A stretch of DNA of 64,000 nucleotides from Leptospirales bacterium (GTDB lineage: Bacteria > Spirochaetota > Leptospiria > Turneriellales > JAOUFE01). The notes under the pieces are model-generated. The model searched no databases. It saw nothing but the letters and a program-made list of their open reading frames with translations, and was not told the origin of the DNA. Position 1 is the stretch's first letter; each line of letters opens with the position of its first letter. A program made the position numbers and the translations under genes. Where the stretch lies: the NCBI GenBank assembly GCA_040326155.1, contig JBEQLE010000001.1, positions 64,001-128,000 of the forward strand, given 5' to 3'. Below, piece after piece: positions 1-9,979 of the stretch.

Positions 1-1829
1 AGGGTAAAAATTCGCCCTTCCCGTTCATCAAAAGTAACAGCCTCTCGAAGGGCATTTTCGATCATGGGGTCAACCTGTATAGAGTGTAAAACCCCATCTT
101 CAACGTATGGCTGAATAATTTGTCGACCAAGTTTCAAACGAACATATTCGGTCAATATCGTTGGGTCTTTTGTTTTACCGCCCTGATCGGCAAGTGTTTC
201 AAGAATTACATTCGCATTTCGAATCGATACATTTTCTTTAATAAGGTTATGTAGAACCTGCTGAATAATCCCCATGGTGAGTTCACGGTTCACTTCTTCA
301 ACCACAGCAGGAAATTTCTCTTTCAGTTTATCAAGAAGCAATTTCACCTCTTCACGACCCATAACCTGAGTAGCGTAAGTACGAATAATTTCGCTTATGT
401 GGGTTATAATAATATTTCCGGCATCGACAACTAAATACCCTTTTTCTTCGGCGTCAGATTTTTTATCGGTATCAATTAAAACAGCAGGAAGCGAATACGT
501 GGGGTCTTCAAACACTTCGCCTTCTATGGCCTCTTTTACCCGACCACTATCGAGAGCGACAAGTTTGTCCGGGTAGGCTTTCGCACGGCCAACTTCAATT
601 CCGCTGACAAGAATAGAATACTCATTGCCGTCAAGATCCATATTGTCATTAATTCGAATCGGGGGTACAACGAGTCCCATGTCTCTGGCAAACTTTTTAC
701 GAAGGTTGGTAATTCTCTCAAGTAAAGTTCCACCCTGGGTTGATTCAACCAGGGGTATTAAATTATAACCGATTTCAAGACGCATAACATCGAGGCTGAT
801 TTCGTCGAGAAAACTCTCGGGAGCGTCTGGTTTTTTGGCTTTTTCATCTTCCAGTCTGGCTTGTTCTTTTTCGTCTTTAATCCGGGTCTGGGTAATCGAG
901 TAAGCGATAAAGCCAAGAAGGCCAGCGACAGACCACATAGAAATCATGGGAAAGCCGGGAAGCAGCGACGCGACACCGAGTGTTCCGGCGACCATCCAGA
1001 GAATTTTTGGATTATTAAACAACTGGGACGAAAGCTGTCCGCCGAGATCCTGGTCGGCTCCAGCGCGAGTTACAACCATACCGGTAGCGGTGGTTATTAG
1101 TAAAGAAGGAATCTGCGAAACAAGACCATCCCCGATGGTTAAAAGAGTGTAAGTTTCCAAAGCCACCTCGAGACTTTCACCCCGCATACTCATTCCAATA
1201 ACAAGTCCGCCAACAATATTAATGGCGGTAATAATAAGACCGACTCGAACATCCCCCTGAACAAATTTGGTAGCTCCATCCATCTGCCCGTAAAAATCGA
1301 CCTCTTTACGAAGCTCAGCTCGGTTTTTTCGGGCTTCTTCTTCGGTAATAAGACCGGCAGAAAGGTCTGAGTCAATGGACATCTGTTTACCGGGCAGAGC
1401 GTCGAGTGTAAACCTGGCCGCAACTTCGGAAATTCGAGTAGCACCTTTTGTAATTACCATCAACTGAACCAAGACGAGAATTAAAAATATAATAAAACCA
1501 ATTACATACTGGCCTGAAACCACAAATTCACCAAAAGCCCGTATCAACTGACCATCAAAATTGGGCCCTTCTGTTAAAATAAGTCGGGTCGAACTCACAT
1601 TCAAGGCAAGTCGAAAAACGGTAGATACAAGTAACAACGATGGAAAAACTGAAAAATCAAGGTTGTTCTTATTGCTCATTGCGGTCAACAAGATAATAAG
1701 CCCGATCATAATACTAAATGCCAGAAATACATCGAGTAAAAATGCAGGCATGGGAATAATCAGCATGGCCACAATGGACACAACTGCTAATCCAAGCATC
1801 ACATCGGTTTGACGGTACCACTTATTCAT
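1..1829 (-). CDS. flhA: Flagellar export apparatus protein FlhA (3' end runs off the window)
   Basis: Manual translation from ATG at 1829 gives [33 protein letters not shown]..., with [15 protein letters not shown] and [13 protein letters not shown] motifs; directly downstream of flhB. Confidence 0.95.
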   Translation of the reverse strand, partial: MNKWYRQTDVMLGLAVVSIVAMLIIPMPAFLLDVFLAFSIMIGLIILLTAMSNKNNLDFSVFPSLLLVSTVFRLALNVSSTRLILTEGPNFDGQLIRAFGEFVVSGQYVIGFIIFLILVLVQLMVITKGATRISEVAARFTLDALPGKQMSIDSDLSAGLITEEEARKNRAELRKEVDFYGQMDGATKFVQGDVRVGLIITAINIVGGLVIGMSMRGESLEVALETYTLLTIGDGLVSQIPSLLITTATGMVVTRAGADQDLGGQLSSQLFNNPKILWMVAGTLGVASLLPGFPMISMWSVAGLLGFIAYSITQTRIKDEKEQARLEDEKAKKPDAPESFLDEISLDVMRLEIGYNLIPLVESTQGGTLLERITNLRKKFARDMGLVVPPIRINDNMDLDGNEYSILVSGIEVGRAKAYPDKLVALDSGRVKEAIEGEVFEDPTYSLPAVLIDTDKKSDAEEKGYLVVDAGNIIITHISEIIRTYATQVMGREEVKLLLDKLKEKFPAVVEEVNRELTMGIIQQVLHNLIKENVSIRNANVILETLADQGGKTKDPTILTEYVRLKLGRQIIQPYVEDGVLHSIQVDPMIENALREAVTFDEREGRIFT

Positions 1830-1832
1830 AAA

Positions 1833-3044
1833 TTATCCTGCCCTCCGGCTAAGGCGCTCTTTCATTCCGTCAATGCTAAGGAAAATATCGATTAACACAC
1901 GATAAAAATGTTCTGGTACGGTTTCTCCTTCCGATACCGTTCGATACAATTCACGGGCAAGAGGCTTATTCTCAATAATTGGAATATCATTTTGACGAGC
2001 GAGATTCCGAATTACAAAAGCAAGATTGTCTTCCCCTTTTGACAAAACCCTTGGCGAGTCTTCCATTTCCGGATCATAACGTAGCGCAATAGCATAATGA
2101 GTCGGGTTCGTTATGACAACGTCAGCCTTTTTGGTCTCCTGAAACATATTACGTCGCAGCATCTCAAAAGCGCGCTGGCGTCGACGTTGTTTTACAAGAG
2201 GATCTCCTTCACTCTCACGAGACTCTTGTTTAAGCTCTTCTTTGGTCATTTTAATAGATTCAATAAATTCAAATTTCTGGTAAAAATAATCGGGAAGGGC
2301 AATTACAAACATGACAACCGATAAAATTACTGCGAGCTTAAAGGCAATCTGTGACAAAAGGCGAACAGAGTTAGCGACACCGATAGACCCCAGAGAGAGC
2401 AGAGCGTCAAAATCTGACTTTATAAGATAATAACTTATTACACCGAGAAAACTGACTTTAAGAAGTGTCTTTATTAAAGTCACCGCAATCTGGCGGGAAA
2501 AAAAGACTTTTCGCATCATAGTGGGAAAATCGAGTTTAATTCGTTTAAAATCTGGCTTCAGGGGTTTAAGCGTAAACATTATCCCGACCTGGACAACATT
2601 ACCTGCAATAGCTAAAAACGTAGAGACAAGAAAAATTGGCGCAAGAAGAATACCAACTTCGCGCACTAGAAAAATAAAAAGAGCTATAACCTCCGACTTA
2701 TCGAGAGCGGGAAGCTCAGAAAATTTACCGAGAAAGTAAGTTGCAATATTGGCCATGCCCGAGAGCATCCAGCCGCCAATGGCAAAAAGCGTTGCGAGTC
2801 CACCAATGGTCACAAGTGAAGAAGGAATATCGGGACTTTTAGGAACCCTCCCTTTTTCGCGCTCTTTTTGCTTTTTTCGTTCGGTTGGCTCTTCGGTTCG
2901 CCCCTCGTTTTCGGCAGAAGCAAAAAACATAGGCAAAGCAAAATCACCAACACCGGCAAAGCCTGGCGAAAATCGCAACACCCGTATCGAACGTTTAAAT
3001 ATGCGATTTAATAGTATATGTAAATATAATTGTAGAAAAACCAT
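1833..3044 (-). CDS. flhB: Flagellar export protein FlhB
   Basis: RTEEPTERK N-terminal motif, TM segments, EGDP motif and NPTH autocleavage site. Confidence 0.95.
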   Translation of the reverse strand: MVFLQLYLHILLNRIFKRSIRVLRFSPGFAGVGDFALPMFFASAENEGRTEEPTERKKQKEREKGRVPKSPDIPSSLVTIGGLATLFAIGGWMLSGMANIATYFLGKFSELPALDKSEVIALFIFLVREVGILLAPIFLVSTFLAIAGNVVQVGIMFTLKPLKPDFKRIKLDFPTMMRKVFFSRQIAVTLIKTLLKVSFLGVISYYLIKSDFDALLSLGSIGVANSVRLLSQIAFKLAVILSVVMFVIALPDYFYQKFEFIESIKMTKEELKQESRESEGDPLVKQRRRQRAFEMLRRNMFQETKKADVVITNPTHYAIALRYDPEMEDSPRVLSKGEDNLAFVIRNLARQNDIPIIENKPLARELYRTVSEGETVPEHFYRVLIDIFLSIDGMKERLSRRAG

Positions 3045-3378
3045 GACGTTTTTGGGGTCGATGTCCCTGACCCATTAGCTGAGTCAAATGTGACATAATA
3101 CCCATTATGACAAAACGTATATAGGCGACAAGCAGTTTTTCAGATCCGAATTATAGTAAAAAAAAGAACTTTCACCAAAGATCAGTCGATCATCACACCT
3201 GTTTTTCTCAGGGCTCTGACAATCAAGTTGAAATCTTCTTTTAGCATCTCTTTTAACTTTTGGATGGGAATCCTTGTATACCGAGAAACAATTTCATATT
3301 TTTCTATCTTCGACATATTCGGTATGACGCAAATAATTATGAATATGAAACAAAAAAACGATATGGTATTTTACCCAC

Positions 3379-3723
3379 CTAGGCTTCGAATTCTTCAGGT
3401 TTATCGACCCGTTCAAAGATCATTCGCAGGTAAATTGCATTATCTTTGTTCATTTGTCTGAGTTCGGCGTTACCTTGTTCAATCCTTTCTAAAAGCCTTT
3501 CGGTTTGACGAGAGTCTTTTTTACTCTCGATGTGCATATGCCTTAAAAAAGAGGATTGTTTTTCATCGGCCTCCCGGCTCTGTTTTCGGCTCTCTTTTCG
3601 GCTTTGCTCGCTCAAGCGATGAAACGTAGCCATCTGGCCACTGAGAATACCCAAAACCAAAATTATTAAAAGTACAATGAAAATTCCACTGACAACCGCG
3701 ACCATATATAAACTTGCATCCAT
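3379..3723 (-). CDS. Hypothetical protein, N-terminal TM helix plus coiled coil
   Basis: 114-aa ORF with hydrophobic N-terminus and charged helical C-terminus. Confidence 0.6.
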   Translation of the reverse strand: MDASLYMVAVVSGIFIVLLIILVLGILSGQMATFHRLSEQSRKESRKQSREADEKQSSFLRHMHIESKKDSRQTERLLERIEQGNAELRQMNKDNAIYLRMIFERVDKPEEFEA

Positions 3724-3826
3724 ACAATGGTAATGTATAAAAAATCAGTTTTTTTGCACATTTTTGAAGTTTTTTTTCAAAAAAAAATGGTTTTCAGTCG
3801 CCTCGGATTATTCTCGCAAAAAAGAA

Positions 3827-4020
3827 TTATAAGGAAAGCAGGAATTCAGGAATGAAAAGAAGGAAAAAAAGAAGAAAAATATTATAAAATAAAATAAGAG
3901 TAAAGGAATTTATACAAAATATCCTACACCCTCAAATTACGTGCCGGGCAAGCACTTTTTATACTCTGCCTTTTCCCTTCCTCTCTTTTCCTGTATTCCT
4001 GCCCTTCCTGCCTTCCTTAT
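3827..4020. repeat. Inverted pair of ~9-nt-period tandem repeats (TTCCTG-core, REP-like)
   Basis: TTATAAGGAAAGCAGGAATTCAGGAA (3827-3852) is inverted relative to TTCCTGTATTCCTGCCCTTCCTGCCTTCCTTAT (3988-4020); related copies at 4185-4204 and 29773-29797. Confidence 0.6.
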
Positions 4021-4076
4021 TAAAATCCCTTTCTTTAGGTCGGAAATTCCACAACAGCAAGCGGTGAAATCTTCAT

Positions 4077-4187
4077 TCTACGATACAAGGTTGTAGTCCG
4101 GTAGCATTCCGAACTACGAACAGGGGGAGTTACATACCTTTACGTTACGTAGATAGTCGGCTCGTCGCCTGCCTTATTTTCTATCTG
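4077..4187 (+). ncRNA. Putative structured non-coding element; diverged homolog of the 125-bp repeats at 30496 and 57633
   Basis: 4099-4143 matches the reverse complement of the 57633 repeat at 36/45 nt ungapped; stems 4077-82/4148-53, 4087-91/4136-40 and hairpin 4093-4117. Confidence 0.45.
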
Positions 4188-4267
4188 TTTCCTTATAAAA
4201 TTCTATTTTATATCTACTTTATCTCGAAAAAGTGAAATAAAAACCATTTTTTGGCTATTACACCTAT

Positions 4268-5521
4268 ATGACTACGGAACAAGAAAATGCCGCACATTGG
4301 TTGTGGAGTAATAACGAGAAAAAGTATCTTCAACTTGTGGCTGGCGCGGGGTCGGGAAAAACGACAACGATGGTTGAAACGCTTTCTGTTGCCAAAGAAG
4401 CGGGGTTCAATCCATCTTCCTGTTGCCTTATTACGTTTACGAAAAAGTCCGCCAACGAAATGGAGCAGAGGTTGTTGAAAAACAATATTCGCGCAGGTTT
4501 CACAGGAACGATGCACTCGCTTGGTTATTCCATTTTAAAAAACAAATATGGTGGTGCATTGAATATACTCACCGATTCAGACAAAGTTATTAAAGATATT
4601 ATATGTACACTTTTTCCACAATACCGGCATATACCCCCGGATGTTTTATCGAAGTCAAACCTTCTGAGCCATGTCGAAAAAGAGAGGCTGCAGAAAGAAT
4701 ACTTTTTGTATAAACAAAAAAAAGACCTTTTCGACCTTGACGATCTTATACACCGGGCGCGAAGCGTTTTAGAAAGTTCGTCTGACCTGTTTCCTTATGA
4801 ATATGTTATGGTGGATGAATTTCAAGACACTTCACCGGAGCAGGTCTCTTTTATTCAATCGATGCGCCCTGGAAAACTTTTTGCCGTGGGGGATGACTGG
4901 CAGTCGATCTATGGGTTTCGCGGGGCTGATGTTTCGATATCTCGAAATTTTTCTCAATACTTTCCAGGCGCTCGGCGTTCTTTTTTAACTAAAAATTTTC
5001 GTAGTCAGGGAAGAATCGTTCAGCTCGGGAACAAAGCCATACGCTTAAGTGAAGAGTACATTAAGAAAAAACTTCGCGCTCACCACTCTTCGACGGTAGC
5101 GCCAAGGTGTTTTATAATTTCGAAGAAGGTAAGCCCTGAAAAAGCGTGGTCTCTTTATGCAAAAGTTAAAAACGAAATTTCGAATTTAACAGTATTGGTC
5201 CGCACCAATTACCTGCGAACAATTATCGAAGAAATCGCGCCTGCGGGTGTGAATGTTTTAACCATTCACTCTTCAAAAGGACTTGAGTTTGAAAATGTTC
5301 TAATTTTCGGTGTAGCTAAAAATATTTTTCCGCACCGCTTTAATGACCCCGATGAAGAAGTACGGCTTTTATATGTTGCCATTACCAGGGCTAAACAACA
5401 AATTGATTTTTTATGCTGGGAAGACGGGTCTGACTACTCTTCTTTTATGCCTTTTTTAGCGTCTAACTGTAAGATCACTTATTTAAAAGAGTCCGGGCGT
5501 GGTCTAAAGCAGACTGGGTAA
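4268..5521 (+). CDS. Short UvrD/Rep/PcrA-family (SF1A) helicase
   Basis: AGAGSGKT, TFTKKSANEM, VDEFQDT, VGDDWQSIYGFRGA, TIHSSKGLEF, YVAITRAK motifs in only 417 aa. Confidence 0.9.
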   Translation: MTTEQENAAHWLWSNNEKKYLQLVAGAGSGKTTTMVETLSVAKEAGFNPSSCCLITFTKKSANEMEQRLLKNNIRAGFTGTMHSLGYSILKNKYGGALNILTDSDKVIKDIICTLFPQYRHIPPDVLSKSNLLSHVEKERLQKEYFLYKQKKDLFDLDDLIHRARSVLESSSDLFPYEYVMVDEFQDTSPEQVSFIQSMRPGKLFAVGDDWQSIYGFRGADVSISRNFSQYFPGARRSFLTKNFRSQGRIVQLGNKAIRLSEEYIKKKLRAHHSSTVAPRCFIISKKVSPEKAWSLYAKVKNEISNLTVLVRTNYLRTIIEEIAPAGVNVLTIHSSKGLEFENVLIFGVAKNIFPHRFNDPDEEVRLLYVAITRAKQQIDFLCWEDGSDYSSFMPFLASNCKITYLKESGRGLKQTG

Positions 5522-7181
5522 TCTCTTTGCCAGCGATCATTCGAGCAAGTTCCTTTACTCTTTCTTCTTCGGATAATCTGGTTATACGCGTACCATTTAC
5601 CGCATCTTTGCTGACACAAAAGTGACTTACGTTCTTCGCGTTCAAGCCTGCCACCTGGTGTAAATGTGTTATGACAACGACCTGTGCGTTCTTACCCAGC
5701 GACGCAATCTTTTGCCCCACCGCTTCTGCGACCCCGCCGCCGACCCCTGTATCGACCTCGTCAAATACCAACGTCGAAACCGGGTCCGATTCAATAATAA
5801 TTTTTTTCAAGGCTAACATTATACGACTCATCTCTCCGCCAGAAGCGATTTTTCGCAAAGGCCGTAGCACATCGTTTTCACCCTGCCCGAGTAAAAACTC
5901 GACCATATCCAGTCCATGATTATGTAATATATATTTCTTGTCCGGTTCTTCGGGAACGGTAAATTCGCCATCGTCACCATATTGCCATTTCATTGAAATT
6001 CGAATTTTTGTTTGCCCCATGCTCAGGTCGACGAGTTCTTTCGAAACCGATTCTTCCAGGCGACCCGCCGCCTCCTTTCGTTTGTGCGAAATGACTTCGG
6101 CTTCTTCAATCAGTTTCTTTGTCAAACTCTGAATTTCGTCTCGAAGTTTTATCTCTTCTTCGCCGGAAAGTTCTATACCCACCAATTCATTTTTAGCTTT
6201 TTCGAGATATATTTTTGCATCTTCAACACCCGGGCCATACTTTCGCAAGACATTATGTATAGAGTCGATTCTCTCTTTTATTGTTTGTATCTCTTCGGGA
6301 CTGAGCATAACCGAATCGGCTTTTTCTCGCATTTGAGCCGCAGCGTCAGAAAGCAATAAATACGATTCCCGAACTGGCGATAAAATATCTACCAGGCTGT
6401 CGTCGTACTCGCTGTCTTTTTCGAGAGTTCGCTCCATAAGTGAAAGGTCTTTAAGCATGCCCCGGTCATCGCCTTGCAACAGACCATACATGTCAGAAAG
6501 ATTTTTAACCAGACTCTCTGAATGCTCCAGAAGTTTTTCCCGGTTTTGTAACTCTTCAAATTCGGCTTCGTCTTTTAATTGCGCCGCTTCGAGTTCTTGA
6601 ATTTCATGGTTTAAAACTTCAAGCCGCCTGTTTTTCTCTTGTTCATCTAGAGAGACACTTTTCAGTTTTTGTTTTAGTTCATCTCGTTTTATAAAAGTCT
6701 TTTTGTAGGCTGCCACTTCTTCTACAATATGACAAAAACGATCGAGTATAGCGCGGTGAGTCGAGGTATTTAATATATTTTGGTTTTCGTTTTGCCCATG
6801 AATGTCTACAAGGTAACGGCCTACTTCTTTTAAAAAACTGACCGGAACCTGCTGGGAATTTATGAAACTACGTCCTTTACCTTCTACGGTTATTTCCCGT
6901 TTCAGTATCATTGCCTCTTCGTCGTAAACCCCCCGCTCTTTTAAGAGGTTTTGTAAATCAGGATTTTGCGATATAGAAAATGAGCCTTCGACAACAGAAC
7001 GCGCAGCTCCGGTTTTAATCATATCGGTGGTTGCCCTGGAACCGAGCAGCAAGTTCAACGCTCCGAGTATAATAGATTTACCCGCACCGGTTTCTCCGGT
7101 TATAATATTTAAACCCCGGCTCGTCGTTAAACGAAGCTCTTGAATTAAGGCAAAATCTTTTATATATAACTCGTCTATCAT
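5475..7181 (-). CDS. recN: DNA repair protein RecN
   Basis: ITGETGAGKS Walker A, DIHGQ, coiled coil, ASGGEMSR and FDEVDTGVGG motifs. Confidence 0.95.
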   Translation of the reverse strand: MIDELYIKDFALIQELRLTTSRGLNIITGETGAGKSIILGALNLLLGSRATTDMIKTGAARSVVEGSFSISQNPDLQNLLKERGVYDEEAMILKREITVEGKGRSFINSQQVPVSFLKEVGRYLVDIHGQNENQNILNTSTHRAILDRFCHIVEEVAAYKKTFIKRDELKQKLKSVSLDEQEKNRRLEVLNHEIQELEAAQLKDEAEFEELQNREKLLEHSESLVKNLSDMYGLLQGDDRGMLKDLSLMERTLEKDSEYDDSLVDILSPVRESYLLLSDAAAQMREKADSVMLSPEEIQTIKERIDSIHNVLRKYGPGVEDAKIYLEKAKNELVGIELSGEEEIKLRDEIQSLTKKLIEEAEVISHKRKEAAGRLEESVSKELVDLSMGQTKIRISMKWQYGDDGEFTVPEEPDKKYILHNHGLDMVEFLLGQGENDVLRPLRKIASGGEMSRIMLALKKIIIESDPVSTLVFDEVDTGVGGGVAEAVGQKIASLGKNAQVVVITHLHQVAGLNAKNVSHFCVSKDAVNGTRITRLSEEERVKELARMIAGKEITQSALDHARTLLNK

Positions 7182-7182
7182 A

Positions 7183-7734
7183 TTACAACTTAATATATTT
7201 AACCTTTCTAATAATTCGATGTGCTATTTCCCCTGGCGTCATACGGTCAATTCCGATCGCCATCTGCGCAAGTTTTTCATACCAGGGTTTTCGTTTATTT
7301 AAAACTTCCTGTAAATCATCTGCCACCAAAGCGGGACGATGTGCGGACGGCTGAGCATCGGACAGTCGTTGCAACAACAAGTGGTCTTGCATATATAAAT
7401 AGACACAAAAGTAACAATTTTTCAATATTTGGAACTTTTTTTCAGAAAGTTCACCATTTTCGTCTTCCATTATTCCGCCCCCTGTATCGAGCAAAACTCC
7501 GGGACGGTTCGAAAAAAAACGGAGAGCTTCGGACTCTTTATTGCGAAACTCTTTCCACCCCTTTTCTGCTACTAAGTCGGTGATCGTTGACTTCGTTTTT
7601 TTTTCTATGTACTCATCGAGGGAAACATACCGTATTCGCATTTTTTTTGCCAAAATTTTACCGACAGTACTTTTTCCGACACCACGAAAGCCGATTAATG
7701 CAATTCTTGGATATGGAGTGCTAATGTTGCCCAT
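7183..7734 (-). CDS. aroK: Shikimate kinase
   Basis: GFRGVGKST P-loop, DTGGG, adjacent to aroE. Confidence 0.9.
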   Translation of the reverse strand: MGNISTPYPRIALIGFRGVGKSTVGKILAKKMRIRYVSLDEYIEKKTKSTITDLVAEKGWKEFRNKESEALRFFSNRPGVLLDTGGGIMEDENGELSEKKFQILKNCYFCVYLYMQDHLLLQRLSDAQPSAHRPALVADDLQEVLNKRKPWYEKLAQMAIGIDRMTPGEIAHRIIRKVKYIKL

Positions 7735-7736
7735 AC

Positions 7737-8660
7737 TTATTTCGAACTACTTTTTAAATGCCCTTTTAGAATTTTTTCCATAACTTCGATGGGAGCTTTT
7801 TTGCCGGTAAACAATTCAAACTGCCTGGCACCCTGGTATAATAACATTTTATAACCCGGTATCGTTTTCAACTTTTTAGCGCGTGCGACTTTAACCAGTG
7901 GGGTAACTTCAGGATTGTAAACTATATCGAACAAAACCTGGTGTGAAAAGAGATACTCTTTGCTCAAGGGCGTTACCTGCTGCTCAGAATGACCACTCAT
8001 ACCCAAAGGGGTAGTTTGAATAATTAAATCGTACTCTTTCAGTTGAGATGGATCGTTTAATATAGACTCATAACGAAATTGAAGTCGAATTTTCTTTTCC
8101 TTTTCTCGAGGAAAATGAAAAGCTTTTAACTCAGGACAGCTTCGACTCAGTTTCAACCCCCGAATAAGATTGCGCACAGCCGGAGCATTACGCGCTAAAA
8201 CAGCAATCGCGGAAGGCCCTTTTTCAAGCAATGAAAAAGCGATACCTCTGGCTGAACCACCCGACCCGATAATCAACACTTTTTTTCCTTTTATTGAAAA
8301 CCCCGACTCTTCAATCGCTTGCACGGCTCCCGGACCGTCGGTGTTATAACCTTCCAGAAGACCATTTTTATTCCATAAAACCGTATTTACCGAACCTATT
8401 TGCAGAGCGAGCGGGTCAATTTTGTCAACCGACCTGCGAATATTGATCTTATGCGGAATCGTCACAGATAATCCCTGCACCGAAAACTGACGCATGGAAT
8501 ATTTTATATTAATGACATTTTTCATTGGAAAAGTCAAATAGACCGCATCTATTCCTGCGGCCACAAAAGCGGCATTGTGCATAGCCGGAGAAAGACTATG
8601 CCCCAGCGGATATCCGATTATCCCGTATATTTTTGTACCGGGATTCACACTTTTAATCAT
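7737..8660 (-). CDS. aroE: Shikimate dehydrogenase
   Basis: GHSLSPAMHN, SVTIPHK, NTDG, GSGGSAR, DIVYNP motifs. Confidence 0.95.
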   Translation of the reverse strand: MIKSVNPGTKIYGIIGYPLGHSLSPAMHNAAFVAAGIDAVYLTFPMKNVINIKYSMRQFSVQGLSVTIPHKINIRRSVDKIDPLALQIGSVNTVLWNKNGLLEGYNTDGPGAVQAIEESGFSIKGKKVLIIGSGGSARGIAFSLLEKGPSAIAVLARNAPAVRNLIRGLKLSRSCPELKAFHFPREKEKKIRLQFRYESILNDPSQLKEYDLIIQTTPLGMSGHSEQQVTPLSKEYLFSHQVLFDIVYNPEVTPLVKVARAKKLKTIPGYKMLLYQGARQFELFTGKKAPIEVMEKILKGHLKSSSK

Positions 8661-8665
8661 ACGGC

Positions 8666-9889
8666 TTAATGGTTCCCGCGTTTGTTTTTGGATTCTATTG
8701 AAATTATTTCGTCGAAAAACTTATATGCCACGTTCTGCTTTATCAATTTGCCGTTAAAATAAATAGTCGGGGTACCTGATATATTAAGACGGGTAGCCTC
8801 GGCGATATCGGCGGCAATAATTTTTTTGGTTTTGTCAGATTTCATACAAGAGTTAAAGCGACTCATATTTAAAGAAGCGCCTTGCGCAAGCTGGTTAATT
8901 TGGGTCGGAGTTACCCCTTGTGCAAGTTCTTGTTGACGAGAAAATATTTCATCATGCATATCCCAGAATCGGTTTTGCTCGGAGGCGCATTGCGAAGCAT
9001 AAGCCAACTCACAAGCGCCGAGATGTATTTGTCGTGAAAGACTGTGGTTGCATGTATTATCCAGAGGGTAATGACGAAATGCTATTTTTACATCTTCAGG
9101 ATAGCGGTGTAAAATTGTTTTTAAGTCTTGTGACGCTAATGCACAATGTTGGCAAAGAAAGTCTGCAAATTCAGTTATCGTTATACTTCCTTCTAAAGAA
9201 CCTTTTTGCGGAGCGTTTGAGTTATCCAGAAAAGCCACGGAGGTATTTCGGTACATATTATAAAACCCTTTTTGAGCTTGCTCCAGATGATACTCGGGAG
9301 ACCCGGTTTTCGAAGCGCCACTTTTAACGGAACTTTTTGCCATCAAATCGACCATCCCGCCCACGGCAAGAACGGCTATGGAAGCGACGGCAAAATATAC
9401 AACAAAAGGAACTGATTTTTCGAGGCTCTCTTTGGCTTTAAGGGAAAAATTGATATTGTTTTGTTTCATATGCAAAAACAGAAAAATTGCAATGGCGACG
9501 GTGGCAACATATGTCAGCGAACACATTTGACAGAACGCTTCAAGACTAATTACCATTACAGCAAGCAGGTAGAGATCGACCAGAACCCCGAGAGCAGCCA
9601 GAAGAAAAGATACCTGAACCAGAAAATTAATTCTCGAAAACGCGTAACCAATCAATGAAATCAATATAAATAGATATAAAAGAAGTCCCCATACGGCCAG
9701 AGGCAAACCGCCGACTTCCGAGATATCGGACCGGTTGACTTCGCTACACCCTTTGGAATTCTCTCCACAAACGACATCGACAAGAGAGTTCTGGAAATCG
9801 AGGTCGTAATGGTGATAGGTTAATAGAACGGTTAATGTCGCTCCTATTAATGCGAAGACGGAAGCAATTTGTACATAATATTTTGACAT
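8666..9889 (-). CDS. VKOR-DsbA/thioredoxin fusion (disulfide-bond formation)
   Basis: N-terminal membrane VKOR with loop cysteines and FCQMC; C-terminal DsbA-like FADFLCQHC and GTPT. Confidence 0.88.
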   Translation of the reverse strand: MSKYYVQIASVFALIGATLTVLLTYHHYDLDFQNSLVDVVCGENSKGCSEVNRSDISEVGGLPLAVWGLLLYLFILISLIGYAFSRINFLVQVSFLLAALGVLVDLYLLAVMVISLEAFCQMCSLTYVATVAIAIFLFLHMKQNNINFSLKAKESLEKSVPFVVYFAVASIAVLAVGGMVDLMAKSSVKSGASKTGSPEYHLEQAQKGFYNMYRNTSVAFLDNSNAPQKGSLEGSITITEFADFLCQHCALASQDLKTILHRYPEDVKIAFRHYPLDNTCNHSLSRQIHLGACELAYASQCASEQNRFWDMHDEIFSRQQELAQGVTPTQINQLAQGASLNMSRFNSCMKSDKTKKIIAADIAEATRLNISGTPTIYFNGKLIKQNVAYKFFDEIISIESKNKRGNH

Positions 9890-9979
9890 AATTAGTTACC
9901 TGTTTTTTTTGATGTGTGTTTCATGAAGCCATGAACGAACACCCAAAATTGCGATTTCACTATGAATGTCAAATAGTTT

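Noticed and set aside
4090..4175. Cobalamin, FMN or ZTP riboswitch, HDV-like ribozyme, or attC identity for the repeat family
   Set aside because: Only isolated sub-motifs match; required cores (GGGAA/B12 box, second FMN T-loop arm, RYYYAAC...GTTRRRY order) are missing
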